Assembly (NCBI GenBank): GCA_013416795.1
Contig: RQSC01000032.1
Location: 580,036 to 644,035, forward strand
Direction: 5' to 3'
DNA: 64,000 nt
Source: Prasinococcaceae sp. CCMP 1430
Taxonomy: Eukaryota > Plantae > Prasinodermophyta
Part shown: one piece after another, positions 57,830-64,000 of the stretch
Numbering within the stretch: the first letter of the stretch is position 1
Layout: every line of letters starts with the position of its first letter
Translations under genes and position numbers: made by a program
Notes under the pieces: model-generated
Told to the model about the DNA's origin: nothing
The model's database searches: none
Seen by the model: the letters and a program-made list of their open reading frames with translations, nothing else

Positions 57830-60800
57830 GCGGCCGGCGGCGGCGATCTGGACGCGGCGGACGGCGTGCAGAACGGCGGCGAGCGGTACGCCCGCGCAGA
57901 GCTGGGGTCCCGCGCCGTGTACTCGTGAGGGAGTGGCACCAACTACCAGCTGGGCACCGGCCTGTCCTCGGTCGAGAGCGTCCCGCAGGAGGTGAGTGGG
58001 CTGCGGGGCGCGCCGGTCGCGCACCTTTCGGCCGCAAAGTATCACAGCGCGGCAGTCACCGCTCGCGGAGAGCTCTACACGTGGGGATGGGCGCGCGGCG
58101 GCAGGCTCGGGCACGGCGCCGAGCGCGGCGACGCGGCGGATGCGCACGCGGGAGCTGGCCGGGGAGGAGAGGCGGCGGTGGTGCTGCCGAGGCTCGTCGC
58201 GGCGCTCGCGCGCGTGCGCGTGGTGAGCGTCGCGGCGGGGAAGCACCACACGCTGGCCATCGTGCGGAGGCCGATGGACGCCGGCGACGGCGCTAGTGCC
58301 GCAGCGTGCGGCGAGGTGTGGTCCTGGGGCGGGAACGCACACGGCCAGCTGGGCGCTGGCGGCGCGCCGTCCGCGGACGAGGCGTGCCCAGTCCCCCGAC
58401 GCGTCGAGCGCCTGCGCGGGACGCAGTGCAATTGCGTGTGCGCCGCGAACAAGCACAGCGCGGCCGTCACGGTGGCTGGCGCGCTCTACACCTGGGGTTC
58501 CAACGCCTCGGGCCAGCTCGGCTACACCACAGCGCCGGCGGGAGCGCCTGCCACGGCCCCGAGGGCGGTCGACGCGCTGCGAGACAGGCGAGTGACGCAC
58601 GTGTCGACGGCGAAGCACCACACGCTCTGCGTCGCTGGGAGCAGGGACGGCGGGGGTGCGGGCAGGGGCGTGGCAGACGCCGCCGCCGCGGTGCTCATGG
58701 GCGGCGGCGATGGCGGCGGTCTGACCGGTGGCGTCGCGAGCGCTTCATTCGCGGCGCCCGCGCCCGTCGGTGGGAGCGGCGGAAGCGTCTTCCACTTTGG
58801 TCACGGTCGCCCCGCCCCGCGGAGGCTGCTCCTGTGGCGCGCGATGCCGGACGGCACACGCCTGCGCCTGCGCGTGAAGAGCGCCGCCGCCGGTGCCGGC
58901 CTGAGCGCCGCCCTGTGCGTGGGCGGCTACGCCATGTACTGGGCGAGCGACGACGTCGGCGGCCGCGACGGCTCGGTCGCGAGCGCGGAGGTCCCGCTGC
59001 GCGGAGCAGGAGACGAGCGCGTGCAGGCCGTCGAGGTCGCCGCAGGGAAGACGCGCATTAGCGTGACGACGGAGAGGGGGGACGTGTGGGTTGTTGCGCT
59101 GAGCGACGAGGGCGCGGCGCGGGGCAGGCGCCCGCGTGGCGGGGCCTCGCAGCACGCCAGTGCCTTCTGCTCCTCTCCGGGGAGGAGCGCAGGCGCCGCG
59201 GCCGCCTTCGGCACGTCCCCCAACGGGCGCGGCGGCGGCGAGCTGTACGTCGGCAGCCCGGGCGGGCACGAGAACGGGGCGTCTCGGCAGCAACGCGCGG
59301 CGGAGCCGCCCTCGGTGAAGGTCGAGCGCGTGCCCCGCTTGCGGGGGGTGATCAAGCTCGCCGTGGGTGAGAAGCACAGCCTGGCCTTCACGGCTTCGCC
59401 CGCGCTGGTGGTGCCAGACGCCTACGCCCGCGCGCGGCGACAGGCGGCCGCCGGGCCGCGCGTTTCGATTGCGACCGGTGCCGCGCGGGGCCGATGCGAG
59501 CGCGCGCGGCTGGGAGGCGATGCGGGAGGCGCCACGTGCTCGGCGGACGGCGCCGCGGGGGACGACGACGAGTCGAGCGAGGCCGAGGGGGACGGCTGCG
59601 GCGGTGGAGGCGAGGAGAGTCGGGTTGCCGGTCTCCAGGAGCGAGCTGGACGCGAGGCGCGGCCATCATTTGACCCCCCGCCTCTGAAGTCCATCGCCGC
59701 CGCCGCCCTCGCGGCGCAGGCATGCCCATCCAACCTCCCCTATATGGCGGAGACCGCTGACGCCGTTGGCCTGGGCAGCATCCGCGAATGGTGCATGGAA
59801 TGCGTGGCGCAGCAGTTCGAGATGGTGCTGCTGCACGGCGGCACGGCACTCTACGAGGTCGTCAGGGACTCGCCGCTCTTCGCCGCAATGTTGGAGACCC
59901 ACTGCGCCATGCGATGGCCCGACGCGTCGCAGTCAGCGCGGGACGCCGAGGCCGACGCGATTGCCGGCGCCGCTCAGGGCACGCTCGGCGCGAGCGACGC
60001 GGACACCGGGGCTGGTGCGAGTGCTTGCGCGGTCGCAGGCGAGAGTGGCGCGCCTGCTGTTGCCGAGCCCGAGGCCGGCTTGCCCCGCGCTCTGCACACC
60101 GTGCGCACGAAGATTGCTCGCATCGACGAGCTCGAGGCCCTCTTCGTGTCGGGGGTCACGCTGAGTGAGGACCAGGTTGCGCAGTGCGCTCAGCGCGCCG
60201 ACCTGGAGACCGCGCTGCGCGTGCTCATGATTGAGGCCGAGGCCGCCGGGCGGATGGACCTGCTCATTCCTGCCGGCGACGGTGGTGGTGCCGCAGACGA
60301 CGCGCAGGCCACGGGGCCCTCCTGCTCGTCGGGATCGCCGCACAGCGGCAAGGGGAAGGGCAAGGGACAGGGCAAGGGCAAGGGAAAGGGAAAGGCGCGG
60401 GGCGGTGCGGGCCAGCACGACCGCGAGCGCGAGCGTGGTCACGACGCGGCGTGGTTCGACCACCGCGGGAAGCAGCTCACCGCCAGCGCCTCGGCCTCGA
60501 GCGCCTCCCCCCAAGTTTCGAAGGCGGCCCTGAAGAACAGGCGCAGGCGGAGCAAGGGGAAGGCCACCACGGTCGACGGCGTGCTGGCCGCGGACTCTGC
60601 CGCGGATGGCGGCGCGGCGCCTGCCGCCGACGCATCGAGCGTAGTCGCGGATTCGGCGGGCATCGCGAGCCCCTCGGCGAAGGCGGGCGCCGCGCGCGTC
60701 GCCTCGGCCGGCACCGCCGAGGCGTCGCCGCCGGCGTCGCAGGCAGCACCGCGCGATGTGGCTTCGCGTCGCGCCGATCTCCCTGAGCCCGCGGACGCCG

Positions 60801-61504
60801 GCACCCCCGCCTCGAGGCGCAAGCAGCCGCGCAAGCCGAAAAAGGGCGGCCTCTCCATGTTCCTCAGCGGCGAGCTCGAGGGTGCCCAAGCGCGACCGAC
60901 TGCCGCCGCTTCGACGCAGCGGGCAGGCCCTGCCTCCAAGGCGGGGTGGGGCGCCGCCCAGGCGGCGCCCACCCCCGCGCCCCGCTCTCCGCACGCCCTG
61001 CCGGCGCACTCTCCGCCGATGCGTGCCACCGCGACCGCGCGAGGCGCGCTGGGAGCGAGCGAGCGCCCCTCTTCCGTGGGCTTCCGCGACATTCAGCAGG
61101 CGCAGGCTTCCAACGAGGCGAGCGCCACGGCGGTGCGCGCCGCGGCGCGGGCGACGGCATCGCCGCTCGGGCCCGCCCCTTCCAACGCCGGCGCGGGCGG
61201 TGGAGGCGGCAGCGGCCTGAGCCTGGCCGACTTCATGCCGGGCGCGCGGCTCGCCGCGGTCGGCGGTGGCGGCGGCCCCAGCGGGGGGGGTGGCCGCGTC
61301 ACCCGGGGAAGCGGGCCGCCTGGGGCGTCGTCGTCGCCCGTTGGGGGCGCTGCTGCCAGCCCCGGCTCGTCGTTGAGCGCGATCATGAGCCAGCAGAGCA
61401 AGCAGCGCCAGCGCGACAGCGCCACCACGTGGGGGTCGGGAGGGGCCGCCGGCGGCGCGCTCGCGGGGGTGAGCGCGGCGCGGGCGTGGCGACAGTTTTC
61501 GTAG
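57830..61504 (+). CDS. RCC1-repeat protein (IBtk / plant ankyrin-RCC1 type); N-terminal ankyrins absent, in-frame TGA at 57926
   Basis: VYS*GSGTNYQLGTG, SAAKYHS, YTWGWARGGRLGH, AAGKHH, YTWGSNASGQLG and VGEKHSL repeats. C-terminal GGLSMFLSG and SLSAIMSQQ. TAG at 61502-61504. Confidence 0.88.
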
Positions 61505-61726
61505 CCAACCAACAAAGGAAAGGTCATCCTCTTTCATCAAAGCGAGTTCTCACCTTTGCTTCCCTTTGCCCCCAGTACATTTGCGCCGCATGCGCGAGCG
61601 AAGCGTTGCGAGCGCAGCGCGGGCGCGCAGTGGCAGCTCGGTTCGGCCCTCAGCGCCGGGGGGAGAGCGCGCGCCTCGGCGGGCGCTACGCGGCCGCGGC
61701 GGCAAGGNCCGCCACCGGCATTGCCA

Positions 61727-62400
61727 TCAGCCGACAATCTCGAGCGCTTTCAGCGCGGCGTCGCGTGAGCGCCGGTTGCGCCTGCAGAGGTCCTTGAACT
61801 CTACGAGGGCGAGGTACAGCTGCCTGCCCGGCGTCTCCGGAGCGCCCTGCGCGGCCGCGTCAGCGCACACCTTGAACGCCGCGAACAGCGCCTCCTTGTC
61901 TTTGGCCTGCGCCACCGCGTCGGGCGTGCGTGCGATGACGGCCTGCGCCCAGCCGCAGATGTGCTCGTGGCAGAGCGTGCTCAGCGCCGCGAGCACGTCG
62001 GTGATCTCCGCCACGCGATACTCGGGCACGGCGCCGGCGACGCCGGCGAGCAGCTGCCGCAAGAGCGCCGCGCCCACGGGGGCCAAGGCTCCCACTACGA
62101 GCGGCGCCGCCTCGGGCATGTGCTGCAGCAGGCGTCCGCTGGGCGAGCGCAGCGACGGCGCCAGCGGCACCTCGAGCAACGACGCGAGGAACGCGTACAG
62201 GCTCGTGCCCGCATCGCGGTGCTGCACGTTGGCGCCGGCCGCCGCGCTCGCCGTGAGCCGGGCGAGCGGGGCACCCTCGCGCAGCAGGAGGCCCGGCGCG
62301 TGGCGCAGGGTGACGCTCGACAGCAGGAACGTGTCGTCCGCGAGGTAGGGGTTGGCGTTGAAGGCCGAAGGGACCGCCCGCGCGCCCGCCGCCGGCCGGC
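61727..62400 (-). CDS. C-terminal fragment of a transportin-SR/TNPO3 (MOS14-like) importin-beta
   Basis: DDTFLLSSVTLRHAP and the terminal EFKDLCRRNR resemble the plant transportin-SR C-terminus. Only about 220 aa are present. Confidence 0.6.
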
Positions 62401-62839
62401 GCCGCCGATAGTTCGTCGCCCCTGTATGTTGAACCCTAATACCATGTAACCTCAAACACGCGCATCCTCCGAAGCGTACCCCGGACCCGTCCGCGCGCGC
62501 CGCGCGCGCGCGCGCCCGCCGGCCTGATCCTCAGATTTTTGGATCGGGAGCAATCTGCGGCGAGCGCGCATTTCGGACGCGGGCGTTTCGGGCGGAGGCG
62601 GGACGAACGCAGTGCGGAGGCGCCCTCAGAAACGCGCTTTCGGGAGGGGGGCGCGTGGCGGGCGCGCGCGCGCGCGCTGCGGGGCAGGGGAGCGCGCGCG
62701 GAGCAGTGGGGGGGGCGAGGGGTGGCACACAGCGCGCCCCCCCCTCCCTCTCCACCCACTCCCCCCCTCCTCCGCTCCCGCCCGCCTTTGTGTAGACGCG
62801 ATGGCGTCGGTGGTGACGGCGCGCTCGGCGCGCGCGGCC

Positions 62840-63891
62840 GCCTCGCTCGCCGAGGCCTTCTGCCTGTCCGCGAGGAGGGACGCGGCGAGGGCCGCGTCCT
62901 GTTCGGCCCGCAGCGAGCGCTGCATGGCCACCTCGGGGGGCGCGTCGGCCTCGGCGCGCGCGATGGACTCGCGGCGGCGGCGCTCCGCCTCGATCGCTCG
63001 CTCGACCGTCGCCTCGTACGAGCTGTGCAAGTTCGAGGGCAGGCCGTGTCCGCCGTCGCCGTCAGCATTTGGGGCACAGTGGTCGAGCATGGCGGCCTCG
63101 AGCATGCGCGCCTCCTCGGGGTCGACGCCGAGCGCCTTGAGCACCTCGGGGTTCAGGCCGCCGTCCGGAGGCAGGGCGGCCGTGCCGTCGACGCGCAGCC
63201 CCTCCCCCGAGCCGCCGGGATCCGCGCCGCTGGGCGGCTGGAGGGGCGGGTTCGGCGGGCGCTGCAGGGACGGGCCCGAGCCGACGTGTCGGAGGGACGC
63301 GCCGGGGGCCGCCCCGCCGGCGTCCTGAAGCGAAGCGGCGACTAGGCCGGGGGCCGCCCCGCCGGCGTCCTGGAGCGAAGCGGCGATGGCGGCGTTGAGG
63401 TCGCGCTCCGCGTCGGCCTCAGGGGTGCCCTCGTCGGCGGTCAGGTCCACGAAGGCCGACCCGACCTGGGGCTCAGGCCGCTGCTGGCGCGCCGTCGCGA
63501 GCGCGAACGCCTCGGCGTCGCTCATGAGTTGGTCTGGGTCGTCGCCGCCCCCTTGCTGCTGCTCGTGCTGCTGCTGCTCTTGCTGCTGCTCTTGCTGCTG
63601 CTGCCGCTGCTGCTGGCGGTGGTGGTGGTGGTGCTGCTCCTCCTCCTCCTCCTGCAAGGGTGGTGGCGGCGGGTCGAGCTGGTGCTCAGCGGCGGGGCCT
63701 CCCGCCTGGTCGAGCACGTCCGCGCCCCCGCCTTCGAGGTACAGCTGCGCCGCCACCTCGAGCGACCAGCCGTGCGCGGCGAGCACCCGCTCGGCTTGGC
63801 TCGGCGCGGCGCCGGTGACGGCGCTGAACGTCGCCACGAGGTCCGCTCTCGCGGCTTCGGCGGGAACGTCCTCTGCTGCGGATGATGCCAT
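62840..63891 (-). CDS. Plant UBX-domain (PUX8/9/13-like) CDC48 adaptor, UBX domain not present
   Basis: UBA-like N-terminus (ATFSAVTGA...LAAHGWSLEVA), UIM-like DLNAAIAASL, EEARMLEAAM and LRAEQD...ASLLADRQK. Confidence 0.7.
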
Positions 63892-63951
63892 TTTCTTGGG
63901 AGGGGGGGGGCACCCGGGTGCGACAGCCGGTGTGGCGCCGTTGGGGCGGCG

Positions 63952-63963
63952 GTGTGTGTGTGT

Positions 63964-64000
<37 letters not shown>
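63952..64000. repeat. (TG)n microsatellite running off the window end
   Basis: Directly visible. Confidence 0.95.

Noticed and set aside
57926-57928. Selenocysteine recoding of the RCC1 TGA
   Set aside because: The position aligns with a structural Trp rather than a Cys, and no SECIS was recognised.
63300-63390. 45-bp internal duplication in the PUX gene (AASLQDAGGAAPG twice)
   Set aside because: An ordinary in-frame duplication in a low-complexity linker.
21260-63891. Functional cluster of ubiquitin-proteasome genes (RPN6, RING, PBF1, PUX) or amino-acid genes (lysA, LEU1)
   Set aside because: They are dispersed among unrelated housekeeping genes, and synteny is unreliable given the many junctions.
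1-64000. Numerous long overlapping or antisense ORFs rich in Arg/Ala/Pro/Gly in the ORF track
   Set aside because: Expected shadows of very high GC content with few stop codons; they lie opposite recognisable genes and have no motifs.

Overview
A very GC-rich, gene-dense eukaryotic nuclear scaffold. It has GT-AG spliceosomal introns with CTGAC-like branch sites, TGTAA poly(A) signals after several stop codons, AAACCCTA telo-box motifs and many apparently plastid-targeted products. The proteins look green-lineage (LSM4, QCR6, RPN6, transportin-SR, PUX, DUF3531, CtpA), so an early-diverging green alga is inferred, not proven. About 35 genes or gene fragments are recognisable: nagZ-like GH3, fibrillarin, QCR6, URI, a Myb protein, DUF3531, a GNAT, CtpA, lysA, a MATE, RPN6, a fused LeuC-LeuD, an LNR-like membrane protein, a UVR/SnoaL protein, a P4H-like oxygenase, a JmjN/JmjC demethylase, TrmL, ORC3, a double bromodomain, DUF2062, RING-H2, PBF1, Maf, LSM4, an ankyrin protein, an Era/exonuclease fusion, an ABA4-SnoaL-SnoaL fusion, an RCC1 protein, transportin-SR and a PUX protein. 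I saw no rRNA, tRNA, CRISPR or transposase. The assembly has two N gaps and four single-N joins. It also has several N-free junctions where conserved genes break mid-sequence and continue into unrelated, often inverted genes; misassembly or amplification chimerism is the most likely cause. The strongest biological leads are the splice-supported ABA4-SnoaL-SnoaL fusion, the fungal-type LeuC-LeuD fusion, the Era(G1-G3)-RGG-DEDD exonuclease ORF and an in-frame TGA at a conserved Trp of the RCC1 gene. All family assignments come from remembered motifs; no database search was run.
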